In this document: positions 41,297 through 55,662 of the stretch, piece by piece
How the letters are laid out: each line of letters begins with the position of its first letter
How positions within the stretch are numbered: the first letter of the stretch is position 1
Source of the DNA: Entomortierella parvispora E1425
Taxonomy: Eukaryota > Fungi > Mortierellomycota
NCBI GenBank assembly: GCA_020891255.1
Contig: BQFW01000006.1
Coordinates: forward strand, 1,550,001-1,614,000
DNA length: 64,000 nt
Reading direction: 5' to 3'
Position numbers and translations under genes: made by a program
The notes under the pieces: generated by a model
What the model was told of the DNA's origin: nothing
Seen by the model: only the letters and a program-made list of their open reading frames with translations
The model's database searches: none

Positions 41297-41352
<56 letters not shown>
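41286..41352 (+). repeat. (GA)n microsatellite in the RAB32/aminopeptidase divergent intergenic region
   Basis: About 32 GA units with one TC interruption; a shorter (CT)n tract lies near 41032-41055. Confidence 0.95.
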
Positions 41353-41355
<3 letters not shown>

Positions 41356-41584
41356 GACCAAAGAAAGAAGGCGTCCCTTCCAAATGCGGGGTGGATCTCC
41401 TTCCACAGCCGTGAGAAAGCAGGTCCGCGCAGACAGGGCTCTGATTCGGCGCTTCGCTCTCGTTCTCTCTTGTTCTCTTTCCGTCCTTTCCCATAAAGGG
41501 CTTCCTTCGTACTTCTATTTCACTCTTTTCTTTTCTTTCTCCCTCATCCATCTCCATCTCCATCCCCTCCTCCCCCCCATCACA

Positions 41585-43993
41585 ATGACCGCCACCAACA
41601 CCACTACCCGCGTGCAAAAGCTGCGCGAGCTCATGAAGAGCCCCGAGTACAATGTCACCGCCTTGTAGGTGCCATCCTCCAACTTTGTTCTTCTCCCTGC
41701 ATGCGATGCTCTACTCTTTTCTGTGCAGCCATTTTCTCACGCTGATTGTTCGCCTCTTCATCTGTCATTGCTTAACCTGTCGCTGCTTTCGACCCACAGC
41801 GTCGTTCCCTCCGAGGATGCCCACCAGGCAAGTCTTTTCTCTTGGTCTCTTGTCTCGACCAGCGTAACCGCCTCCCTTCTGATTTTAGACGTCCATTCCA
41901 ATATTCTAATCCTTGTCTTCGCCACCTATAGAGCGAGTACGTTGCCGAGTGCGATGAGCGTCGCCACTACATCTCTGGATTCACCGGATCTGCTGGATTG
42001 GCCGTTGTCTCCTTGGAGTCTGCTGCTCTCTTCACGGATGGACGCTACTTCTTGCAGGCTTCTCAGCAGTTGGATTTAAACTGGACCCTCATGAAGTCCG
42101 GTCTCCCCGAGGTCCCTACCTGGCAGGAGTACCTTGTCAAGGTATGGCATAGTCGCGTCGAATGCAACGAGCAAGTCATGGGAAACGAAGCTGATCTGTC
42201 AAAACACGCTCTTTATCCTTCTAGAACCTCCCCGCTGGTTCCCGAATTGGTATCGATCCCCTCGTCTTCACTGCCAGTAAGTTCTCCGCTCGGCGTCATT
42301 TTACCCAAATCTGTGACTAGATCGATGGCGGACATTGCTGATACCAAAGTTGGTCTTCTGGTGATGGCACCATTTGCCAAAAAGATGTCAACGTTGCTAA
42401 CTGTGAGCCTTCCATCACATAGCTGATGCCAACAAGCTTGAGACCGATTTGGCCAAGGTCGGATCTTCCTTGGTGCCCATTTCCAACCTTATCGACCTTG
42501 TCTGGGATAACCGCCCTGCTCGCCCTGCCAGCAAGCTCATGATCCTCTCCACAAAGACCACCGGTCGCACCCACACCGAGAAGATTCAGCAGTTGCGCAA
42601 GGACCTTGTCAAGAAGGGCGTCGCTGGATTTGTTGTCTCTGGCCTTGATGAGATTGCCTGGTTGTTCAACATGCGTGGATCCGATGTCCACTGCAACCCC
42701 GTCTTCTTCTCCTATGCCATTGTCACTGCCGACTACGTCAACCTCTACCTCCAGGAAAAGTCCATCTCTGCCGAGGTTCGCGAGCACCTTGGATCCGAGG
42801 TGACCATCAAGCCCTACGAGACCGTCTTTGACGATTTGCGTGCCATGTCATCGTCCCTCCAGGCCAACAAGCAAAAGATTCTTCTTGGAACTCGCACCAA
42901 CCTCGCCATGGCTGTCGCTCTTGGCAAGGACAACACTGTCGAGGCCCGCTCCCCTGTGACCGACGCCAAGGCCATCAAGAACGAGACTGAGATGGAGGGT
43001 ATTCGCCAGTGCCATCTTCGCGACTCTGCCGCCCTTATCAACTACTTTGCTTGGCTCGAGGAGCAGCTCGCCAATGGAGTCGAGCTGGACGAGGCTGACG
43101 GTGCTGAGCGTTTGGAGCAGTTCAGAGCGTAAGTTTGAAGCTTGTCTGTACTCACTAGCTTATCCCTAACTTATTTATTACCGTACCGTTAGTTCTTTAA
43201 GCTATACCTAACTAACTTTTCACGCTTTTTTTTTTCTCTTGATATTAGTGAGCAGGCTGGCTTCGTTGGTCTTTCTTTCGACACCATTTCATCCACTGGA
43301 CCTAATGGTGCCATCATTCACTACAAGCCCGAGAAGCCCACTGCTGCTCGTATCAACGCCGACTTGGTTTACCTGTGCGACTCTGGTGGACAGTACATTG
43401 ACGGAACCACCGATGTGACCCGTACCTTGCACTTCAAGAACCCCACTGCCCACGAGAAGCGCTGCTTCACTCGCGTTCTCCAGGGTCACATCTCCATTGA
43501 CTCGGCTGTTTTCCCCGATGGAACCTCTGGATACCTTCTGGATGTCCTCGCCCGCCGTGCTCTCTGGGCTGACGGCCTCGATTTCCGCCACGGAACTGGC
43601 CACGGTGTTGGTGCTTTCTTGAACGTGCACGAGGGACCCCATGGATGCGGTACCCGCATTGCCTACAACGACATCCCTCTTGTCCCCGGTATGACCTTGA
43701 CTAACGAGCCTGGTTACTACGAGGACGGCAAATTTGGAATCCGCATTGAGAACGTCATGTTGGTCCGCAAGGTCGAGACCCCCAACAATTTTGGTGGCCG
43801 TGGCTACTATGGATTCGAGCACGTTACCTTGGTTCCCGTCCAGATCAAGTTGATCGACCGCTCCTTGTTGACTCATTTGGAAATCGAGTGGATCAACGCT
43901 TACCATGCCGAGTGCTTGGAGAAGGTTTCTCCTTTCCTCGCCAAGGACAGCCCTGGCCTTAAGTGGCTCCAGCGCGAGGCTGTGTCTATCTAA
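41585..43993 (+). CDS. Xaa-Pro aminopeptidase P (M24B; XPNPEP1/Fra1-like)
   Basis: [75 protein letters not shown] and [16 protein letters not shown] motifs. Intron 2 is GC-AG. Confidence 0.95.
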
Positions 43994-44182
43994 GACTTTG
44001 GCACCGTTTTCTTTCCCCATTTTGTAAATAAAAAAATACACTATACTTTTTTTTCCCGTAGTTCGATCAGTTCGAAATACCAGCCTTTTTATTCACATTG
44101 CGACAGCTGCTTTCTTGTCTTTCCCTTTGTCCCCTTCACCCCATTGCTTCGCTCTTCTCGGCTGTATCAGCCTCTTTGCACA

Positions 44183-45871
44183 ATGAAGGTCCACGACTCG
44201 GCGCCTCTGTTCTGTGAATATCCTCCAAGTGACTCTTATTTTAGACATAATCGATCCCCACGTTTTCTGTCCACCACCATTCACACTGAACCTGAGTTTC
44301 GAGAGCCAGATCCAAGAAGCCCGCAGACCTCCGTCAACCCTCATTACGATCGGATCCACTCTCTTGTCTGGGGATGCTCTGTCGACTTGACAAACTTGGA
44401 GGCAATAAGTCCAGGCTCTGACGGCAATAACAAGGGCACTTTAACCGACTACTCCATTGATCTACAGTCGATTACTGTCCACACTGACGAATGCTCTTTA
44501 ACCTCTGAAACCGGCTGTGCAAAGGCGGAGCCCGACATCAACAATATCAGCCACCAAGGCTTGACACAAACAAGCGTCGCCCATGATAACCTCATTTCTA
44601 GGCCGGCTCTTCACTTGAGCTCAAGTTCCACTGCTGACCCGATAGCCAGCCATCATATCCACGAAAGCGCCATTGATCGCTCCTTGCCTCGGCATCAAAC
44701 CGTGCCAACTGATGCGGAGGAAAATTTTTCAACCACAGCGGCTCTGACACCAGACTTGAACAGCCACTCCCACCAGAGCGATATTGAAATTGAAAGGTGC
44801 ACTCCCACAACCGGAAGCGGAACATCGTCTACGCCAACGGAGCCAGACATCATACACCCTCGCCATGCTAACAAACAGATTACCCCAAAGCCCGTGCTCC
44901 ACCAGTACGTATCCAACACCTCGACAGATATGCTGAACATATCCACCTCAACTTTGGCGCGTTCTAAGAATGGCAATTTTTCAGAAGATCTGCAACGCCC
45001 TAGCCGCTCTCACCAGCGCGTCGTTTACGAGACAGCTTTTTACGGATTCGAGAATGTCGACATCTCTCTATTCCTCGACACAGAACAGAATAAGGTGCCT
45101 TCGACTCCAGGAAATGACTCAATTGAAATGGAGAGATTGTCGTCATATCCGTACCAGAACCATCGGAAGCACATCTCATCAGTCGCACACGAAGGCGAGC
45201 ATAATGGAGGATGGGTGGCAGAGAGAGAGAAGGATCATCTCCGACAGACCAGACACAAACGTGTTCAACGGTGGACACCACCCAGCTCACACACAGCTTC
45301 CCATTCTGGACGCTCCGGCGGATACAGGTCAGGAGACCATGGCTCATTGGATCGTATGAATATCTCCTCTTCCTGGATAAGCACCTATCGCCGGTCAATT
45401 GACGTCCAACCCATGTTTAGAGTGATCCAGGTGCCACTGGTACCGCCTCCATTGCCGTGTGTGAGCGAAGCAGTTTTTGGTCCAGATTCTTATGACGAGG
45501 CGGTGGCGAACGGAACAGACAAGAAGAGGCCACCGTTGACGAATTTACAGAAAACAGAGAGGGTTGTGCGGCGACAGTGGAAGAACTGGCTTTGTGTGAT
45601 CCTTCTACTCGCTCTAGTGATCACCATTCCAGTTGTGCTGAAGAAGAGCCACAGTCAAGGCTTGCCTTCCTCCGTTGGTGATGGAAACAGGGCAGATAAC
45701 GGAGCCTATACGGATACTAGATCATCGACCGCGGCCGGCCTTCCCAGATCCAAATCAGGTCCGAAGAGCTCCGCGACCGCAATGCCTCACAGTACCGCAA
45801 CAAGCAGGAGTGCAGCTGCGAAAACTAGTGCCTCGAACGCAGCGGCCACCAAGAGTGCCCCAAAGCCATGA
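44183..45871 (+). CDS. Low-complexity single-pass membrane protein of unknown function (562 aa)
   Basis: Long intronless ORF with one hydrophobic segment near the C-terminus (WLCVILLLALVITIPVVL) followed by a Ser/Thr/Ala-rich tail. Confidence 0.7.
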   Translation: MKVHDSAPLFCEYPPSDSYFRHNRSPRFLSTTIHTEPEFREPDPRSPQTSVNPHYDRIHSLVWGCSVDLTNLEAISPGSDGNNKGTLTDYSIDLQSITVHTDECSLTSETGCAKAEPDINNISHQGLTQTSVAHDNLISRPALHLSSSSTADPIASHHIHESAIDRSLPRHQTVPTDAEENFSTTAALTPDLNSHSHQSDIEIERCTPTTGSGTSSTPTEPDIIHPRHANKQITPKPVLHQYVSNTSTDMLNISTSTLARSKNGNFSEDLQRPSRSHQRVVYETAFYGFENVDISLFLDTEQNKVPSTPGNDSIEMERLSSYPYQNHRKHISSVAHEGEHNGGWVAEREKDHLRQTRHKRVQRWTPPSSHTASHSGRSGGYRSGDHGSLDRMNISSSWISTYRRSIDVQPMFRVIQVPLVPPPLPCVSEAVFGPDSYDEAVANGTDKKRPPLTNLQKTERVVRRQWKNWLCVILLLALVITIPVVLKKSHSQGLPSSVGDGNRADNGAYTDTRSSTAAGLPRSKSGPKSSATAMPHSTATSRSAAAKTSASNAAATKSAPKP

Positions 45872-46060
45872 AATGAAGAGAAGCGGGAATGTAGCAAGCC
45901 GAAATGACACGACGGGACGGGTGGAAAGAGAAAAAAGTAGAGCGAAAAAAAAAAAAAAAAACAAGTGCGCGTCCTACACGCGTGTTAAAATTCTTTTTCT
46001 GTGCGCACACGCAGACGTGTCACTCCTCCTCTCTTTGCTCCGCACCATTTCTGCCCCTCA

Positions 46061-48200
46061 ATGAACCAACTGACAGAGACAACGAAATCAACCATCAACT
46101 CCATCAAGACGCATGCCCTGCTTTCCAAGGCGCTTTCGAATGATGCTAAACCAACCCCAGGATACCTCTTTCCCGAGATTGCGAGTATGCATTCAACCTT
46201 CAATGCGGCAGAGTTACATTCATTGCCAGCTCCATGCATGCATGGTAACCGTTTGTCTTTTATTTCTTTCGATTTCTCTGTACAGAACTGACGCAGACGC
46301 CAGGAACCTCCTCAGCTGTTCTCGCACAGCTACTCAAAGTTCTCACACCCAGTGGACATAACAATAGCGGAACTGGTGGTGCTTCGAGTACAGGCTTTGG
46401 CGGGAATGCCTCCAACTATGCCTCCCCGCCTAATGTGCTTTTGAAAGCCCTCAAGATTCTTCGGCAGCTTGCTCAAAGTGGATCGGTAGAATTTCGATCC
46501 TCTCTGGCAAGACGTGGAAAGAGTGTATTGGCGGAGACGGTGACGTATCGTGGACAATGGGACGAAATTCATGGTGACCGTCTGAATGAAAACATTCGAA
46601 CGGCTGCAGAGGTATCGTAGAGCGTAGACCACTGAGGTGCTCGAGACTGTAGTAGTGAGTCAGTACTGATGTGTCCTTCCGTATGTTTACTTTGACCATA
46701 GGATTTGATAGAGTACATGCATACGAATCCTGTGCCAGAGCAAGAGGAAGACAGCGAGTCTGATACTTTTACACCGCAGGAGTCCGCAGTTTTGAAGAAT
46801 GCGTCTCAGGGCCTGAAGGGATTTGGAAATCCAGGTATGGTCTGTTTGTGTATAAGCCTGAGCTTTCATTTGTCACCACTCTAATATTTTGCATATTATG
46901 ATAGAGTACGATGATTCCGAGAGCGAAGACAGCGATTCAAATACTTCCAGAACTGGGCGACGAAAAAAGCAAACCACCCGAGCTACTCCTCCCTTACCAG
47001 GCTTTGGCAACCCTGCTTTCGAGGATGAAAGTGCTCTTTCTGGTATGTACTTGGAGGTTCGGATGCACAGCCTTCAAAGAAAAAAGACAGCGCCGATTTA
47101 ACACTTCGCTCCTCGTTTTAGAACCAACGCTGATGACAAGGCTAGTGGACAGACTACAGGAGATGGCGGCCCCGCCACCTCCGATGGCTATGCAGGCAGC
47201 TTATCGGCAACAGGAACAGAGGCGCCAGAAATTATTTGTTGGGGAATACAGCATGCGGGACGAATCACTAGAAGGTCTACAAAAGCCAAGGGAAGGATCC
47301 ATCACTTTGATGGGCACAAATCCATTCCGACGCACCTCTCGGACAGTTGGGGTCACTGCGGGAGGTTGGTCTGAAAAGACCCCTGATGCATCCCGACGCG
47401 ATGAGAGTGTGAGTCGGATGTTTCCCCTTTATCGATCAGGAGTTGGGCTTGTGCGCTTCAGGAACGCGACCTCTGAATCTGTGTATCACCTAGCACAGCA
47501 CCTTCAAACAAATGTAGTGCGGTCTAAACTAGCCAAAGAGGACCCCACCACGAAAACTGGATCCGTCGCTAGTCTATGGGACGCCCCAAATGCTACAGCG
47601 ACAGTGAACGACGGTGACCAAACCTTCGTGATCTGGGGCAACGCGAATGATCTATGTCAAACTGTTCTCGAAGGACTCGAGAATGAGAAGTCGGCCATTG
47701 AGGGAGACTCGACGCCCAGCACGCCTGCAGTGACAGTGATGACGGGGCTGCTACGAGATATGACAGATTGGATTGAGCACGAGGACTGGGAGAGGCGGCT
47801 GGTAGGTCTTCTCATTTACAGATTTTGCGAGATATGGACTATATCAGTTCATAACGTACTCATTGACCATTGTTTTCTCCTTAGCACTATTTATTTGCTA
47901 TAGACAGCATGCTTGCTCACCCCAGAATCAAAGATGCCTTCTTTGGATGTCCCACTCTGGCCCTTTTGCAAAAGTCATTGACAGGACCTCGTTGCCAGGG
48001 AGCGTCGCAGCTCTCGCTCAAGAGGCTCTCAACCCACGTAGGTCCATGTTTCTCGGGTCAGCTTCTTTCAATGTCTAAACAGCATTCTAATATTTCCTCC
48101 TTTAAATATTGATGTCAGCTCTCCAAGGTCATCCGGCAAGATTTCAGCAAGATTTCTGGAATACGTCCCTCCTCGGAGGCACATGGAGGAGCGGATCTAA
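46061..48200 (+). CDS. TEPSIN: Tepsin-like protein (AP-4 accessory; ENTH plus VHS/ENTH-like domain)
   Basis: ALSNDAKPTPGYLFPEIAKLT, LKALKILRQL, DEIHGDRLNENIRTAAEDL and GLKGFGN match the remembered human tepsin ENTH domain (DDDVPCPGYLFEEIAKIS; KVLKILLYL; DPLHGNSLYQKVRAAAQDL; GFG). The last exons (HYLFAIDSML...GADL*) are less certain. Confidence 0.82.
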
Positions 48201-48424
48201 ACGACTCGGTATCCAAGATGGCGCTTGTAGATCTAAGCTGAAAATATATGTAGGGATAGCTGAGAACTGAGAAGGGCGGTTCAGTGCACAGAGGTGTGTG
48301 GGCAGTGCCTGCCCATCTGGCACATGGAGGCAAAGAAGAAGAAGATACGACGGACAGCATTGCGACGTGTGCGTGCGTGTCTGTGCCAGCACAAAACGAC
48401 AAAAATCGATCGAATTGCACGTGA

Positions 48425-51390
<2,966 letters not shown>

Positions 51391-51487
51391 ATGATATGAG
51401 AGAGAAGAGAAAGGATCCATCATGGATTTTTGGGATAAAAGATACAATGAATATTATACAAATTATTATTTTGAAGATGAACCTCCA

Positions 51488-52924
51488 TCAAACTCCATTG
51501 TTCACTACTTTGACTATGGATTGCCATCTCGGATCTACCGTGAAGATTGTCGAGTTTGAAAAGACTGGGTCTTCAAATTCTAGTTGGACCTTTTCCAGAT
51601 TTGGACATGCCTCCAGGATCCTGTAAAGCTGTAACTGATCACGCTTAATGTCATATCGACTTCGCACAATCCCTCTATCGTCTTCGTCGTCGTCAGTGTC
51701 GATGTCGGTCTCATCATGCTGCATGCGATGGATGGTCAAATGCAAGGACTGAAGGGAAGGGCCGGCCTCGATCAAGGCCTGAGTGAACAATGGTTCCAGG
51801 CCATGAACATCTGCTCGGAAACTCTTCAATCCTCCCCTCTTTGCGCTCTTGCCATTACCACTGCCACTGCTGCTTCCTCTCTCTTCTATATCCACATTTT
51901 CTCCAAACGGCGACAATGACCTCGACAGAGACTGTGGGACTCGATTACAGCAACGGATCAAAGACGCAAACTTTGAGTCCCTCAAGATCCGGTAGGTATC
52001 AAACAGTCCAAAATAGATACCATCCACCTGAATCCTCGACAAGTTTGGACAATGCTCCAGATTCTGGACCAATCGATTCAGGTCTGCATCGCAAGCCGCG
52101 ATCAAGGTCAGATCTTCCAAGAGGGGACAAAATGCCACAAGGTCAATCAATTGATGACTGAGCGTGAACTGAAGGTCCATGGTGAGTTCCTTGATCCGCA
52201 ACCATGGAGAAGGACTGCCATCGCTGATCCCATGATCTGGTGCAAGAAAAGGCGAATTTTCGGCCGTGGCAGGTAAAGGATCAGGCAGAACACCTTCGCC
52301 ACCGCAGAATGAATCCAATCTCAAAACGGTCAGCGTGTTCTGGACAGCCTGTAACATTGGCAACAAGGCCCCTTCTCGTCCTAGATCCCATTCACAGAGA
52401 CGCAACCATCGAAGATCCGTCAAGCCCTTCAAGAGATTGGGCTCCACCACTGGGATGGAATCGTCCGAATATTCCGTCGTCCCAGCCCAGAGAATCTTTT
52501 GAAGCTGAGGGTTGACATGAAGGAGGTCGCGGCAAGAGGGTTCGTTGCCATAGATTCTCAGATCGATCAGCCATGTACACGATAAAGATCTGAGTGGGGT
52601 GGTGGTTGTCGTTGCGGTGGATGTGGACGTGGTTGGAAGAGTGACGCTGACGGGGTAGTTGAGACCGAGGATCCGAAAGTGAGGACTGTATTTAAACATG
52701 ATGGACTCTGGGAGATTGCGCATGAAACTGTGATCAAACATGTACCACAGGGTCGGGAGCATGGCCTGACGAAATGACTTTGAGACGAGGGTGCATGCCA
52801 AGAGGGTCTGGGGCTCAAAGATGTAGCTACCACGATCGCCCGCCGACCAGAGAGGCAGGAACTGACTGATCCTGAGGAGGATCTCGGGTAATTCTAGGGC
52901 GTGGGTAGGTGCTGGTCCTGACAT
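51488..52924 (-). CDS. F-box-like/LRR (RNI-like) protein of a lineage-expanded family
   Basis: N-terminal HALELPEILLRISQFL...LLACTLVSKSF...LW F-box-like motif followed by LRR-like repeats (CPLLEDLTL, CPNLSRIQV, CPNLEKVQL); intronless. Confidence 0.8.
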   Translation of the reverse strand: MSGPAPTHALELPEILLRISQFLPLWSAGDRGSYIFEPQTLLACTLVSKSFRQAMLPTLWYMFDHSFMRNLPESIMFKYSPHFRILGLNYPVSVTLPTTSTSTATTTTTPLRSLSCTWLIDLRIYGNEPSCRDLLHVNPQLQKILWAGTTEYSDDSIPVVEPNLLKGLTDLRWLRLCEWDLGREGALLPMLQAVQNTLTVLRLDSFCGGEGVLPDPLPATAENSPFLAPDHGISDGSPSPWLRIKELTMDLQFTLSHQLIDLVAFCPLLEDLTLIAACDADLNRLVQNLEHCPNLSRIQVDGIYFGLFDTYRILRDSKFASLIRCCNRVPQSLSRSLSPFGENVDIEERGSSSGSGNGKSAKRGGLKSFRADVHGLEPLFTQALIEAGPSLQSLHLTIHRMQHDETDIDTDDDEDDRGIVRSRYDIKRDQLQLYRILEACPNLEKVQLEFEDPVFSNSTIFTVDPRWQSIVKVVNNGV

Positions 52925-53839
52925 GGTGGCATGCAAGGGAGATGCATTTGGAAAGGAGAGAAGAAGGGCATGTCAAGTGCCATTTTCGAAAAGGGGAATT
53001 CAAAAATTGGAAAGGGTCCAAAAGTCCGCTGCGGCTGAGTCCTGTTGCAGTGAATGGGCTGAATCACGCGTGGGGATACATGCCGCTGAACGAAAGGGGA
53101 TGGGTTCACAACAGCAACAACGGCGACAACAATGCACAACAGTGCACAACAGTGCACAGAGGGTCGAGAACAACAACAAGCAAAGGCGCCGAGGACAGGC
53201 ACGATGGCAAAGATAAAGAAGACAAGGGTCTTGGCATGGCGCCAGAATTTGACCATCGAACAATCAGTCGGGTTTTTCAAACTGTGAACACAAGTCAGGA
53301 CCAGGGTCTGTCAGATACGACAGTGCGAGAATTGAAGACTCATGGTGAAGTCCTTGACCCATAACCGCGGCGATCCATCGCTGCCAGACGCCTTCTCTGC
53401 CCAATTGAAAAAGGCGGTCGTCCTTCTTGGTTGATAAAGTGACATTCAACTATTTTTTGCTACTGGTTTATGCCGGGATTCAGGAACGTCGATTTCTGGA
53501 CAGGTGGCAGAGGGTCCTCGCAACTCCGCGAATCAGATTATCAAACAGAGCCATCGCAGGCGGATTGGATGCTGTGCTTGCTCGGTCTTCGAACTGCTGC
53601 CTACGTGTCTTCACTTGTTCTCGAGCTTCAGAGCCTGCTCTTACACACAGCGCTCCAATTGCACTTCCACCCGTGCCCTGGGCCGCTCTTGCAGCCATCC
53701 AGCAATGCAAAAGTCGAAGGTGTAGTGAAAAAAATTCAAGAGGAAAATGCCAAGCAAAAATGACTGGCCAATGACAATCCGAATTGAGAGCAAAAGTGTC
53801 CTGCTGGTCATGAGCAAAGAGCAAAGCAAACGGATGAAG

Positions 53840-53847
53840 TATAAAAG
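53840..53847 (+). promoter_or_regulatory. Candidate TATA box of the 70-aa gene
   Basis: TATAAAAG upstream of a 5'-UTR intron (53926-54026) and the ATG at 54028. Confidence 0.55.
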
Positions 53848-54027
53848 GGGAGGTGCACAGGTGCAAAACTGACCATATTCGCCACCCAACCAACCTTGCC
53901 TTTCCATACCCGTCCCTCTTGCACAGTATGTTCAACTCTCGCTGCTGGAACGTCTGCCATTTGGTAGACTAACAACTGTCGCTGATATCCACTCTACGGT
54001 TCTTTTTTTTTTGTTCTCTTTGTTAGA

Positions 54028-54240
54028 ATGCCTAACAAGACTCAAGACAAACCCGAGAGCCATTGCTATGGTATCAGCATTGGAGATAACTTTTGCATTG
54101 GTATTTCTGTTACGCCTAGTAAGCGTGCAGTGACCCCCGAGGCGTCAGCTGCACCCCCACCTCCCGAGTACTCGCTGATTGATACAGATGAGAATACCTC
54201 CGTAGCTTCAAGATTGGAGTCTGGAACATACAAAGATTAA
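54028..54240 (+). CDS. 70-aa microprotein with a PPxY motif
   Basis: TATA box, then a GTATGT...ACTAAC...TTAG intron ending 1 nt before the ATG. The ORF contains APPPPEY. Confidence 0.65.
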   Translation: MPNKTQDKPESHCYGISIGDNFCIGISVTPSKRAVTPEASAAPPPPEYSLIDTDENTSVASRLESGTYKD

Positions 54241-54443
54241 ATACCGCTCGAGTCCCTCCATGGGGCATAATACCCAGTCAACATTCTCCTGTGATTGAAA
54301 TACTCCAATACAGACTGAACCGAGATTCAAAACCGGTCGCTGCAACAGAGACTTCATTGCTGGAACTGGCGCCTAGAAAAATGTTTTATTTTCTTTGATT
54401 TTCTTTTCTCAGATTCTTCTGGTTCAAAAAAATACAAACAAGA

Positions 54444-55662
54444 CTACTCCTCTTTCCTGGCCAAGGTAGTGAAGAAGTCAGCCATCTGCTGCATGACCTC
54501 GTCCGCTGCATCCTTCTGTTCCGGCACGGTCCAGTCGCCGCGCCCTTTGGGTGCATGGTTATGAAGCAAGAACAGGATAAACAGAAAGCGTGTTAGACGT
54601 GCGAAGAGGAAGGATACGTGATTTTTCAAATCCTTCATATGTACCTCCACAGAATCCATGGTCCATGTTGTCAAATCGAACATGTAGACTCGGGGTTGAG
54701 AATCCTTTTGCCTGAACCGCTTCAATCACAGGCAGCTTTTTTTTTTTTTGCATTTTGCATTTTGCATTTTGCATTTTGCATTTTTCAAGGGAAAAGAAAA
54801 AAAAAAAAGAGTCAGTTAGTGAACTGCGGATGCCGACCAAATCAAGCACACAAATTCTCCAAGGTCCCGAGAACGAGAGAGCTAATCTCCTCTTCATTCA
54901 ACAATCACTCCGCCTTCTGTTCCCTCGGTGTTACCATGTCAGGCTCATCCTTGGACGGGAAGATAGCCAGGGGACACTTCAGTCCCTGGACCAACTCTGC
55001 AGTGACGGCCGTCGGGTGAGGACCAGCGACGCCCAGGAAAACCTGATCTGGTTCTGAGGCTGCACAGATCGCCAAATGGGCCCCCCAACAATGACCAATG
55101 TTAAAGAGGGCGTCGCACCCATCGGTCTGAAGATCATGAGCCGCTACCTTGACCAATTTGTCGATGTGGTTGCCCTCATACGATGCATTGGTTCGAATCC
55201 AGCCAACGAGTTTGGGCATCTCTCCCATATATTCGTCAGGCAATGGACCATTCAAGAACAGGTCAATGGCCGAGACCTGGAACCCTTTGCTCGCCAATGT
55301 CTATGTAGCCATGGAAGAAGGGGGAAAGATAGGGAAAGCGGGAAAGAGAGACAGATCAATACCTCGTCGTTGACGGTTGGTGCGCGCCTCGATTTTCTTT
55401 TTGTAGATCGCCACGGTTATGGTACACGCCACAACTTTAAACAAAATCACCTTACGTCCAAGAATTGGATGGTCGTGGGATGAAATGAATGGATATCAAT
55501 CAAGGCTACAATCCCCTTCTTGGAATCGCGAGGCCCCACGCGGTATGTTCGACGTTCGATTCCTTCGATAGGCTTGGACAGGGATTTGAATGATCCTTGT
55601 TGGACCCAAGTGGTCTTTGTCGCAGGAGTGTTGCAACAGGCGTCGGTGACTTGAATATCCAT
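54444..55662 (-). CDS. Dienelactone hydrolase family alpha/beta-hydrolase (Aim2-like)
   Basis: ACCNTP N-terminus, nucleophile motif GHCWG, SKDEPD and catalytic HGF; 4 exons. Confidence 0.88.
54737..54785 (-). repeat. (CAAAATG)n heptamer tandem repeat plus poly(A), inside intron 2 of the hydrolase gene
   Basis: The plus strand shows about 5 TGCATTT units next to a T run. Confidence 0.85.

Noticed and set aside
54608-54620. GTATCCTT U12-type donor-like sequence (also ATATCCTT near 33567)
   Set aside because: Both are internal to introns whose ordinary GT-AG boundaries already restore the conserved frame; no minor-class intron is supported.
55190-55205. GGTTCGAATCC tRNA T-loop-like motif
   Set aside because: Lies in a hydrolase coding exon on the opposite strand, with no cloverleaf; similar hits at about 14403 and 24731 are also in coding sequence.
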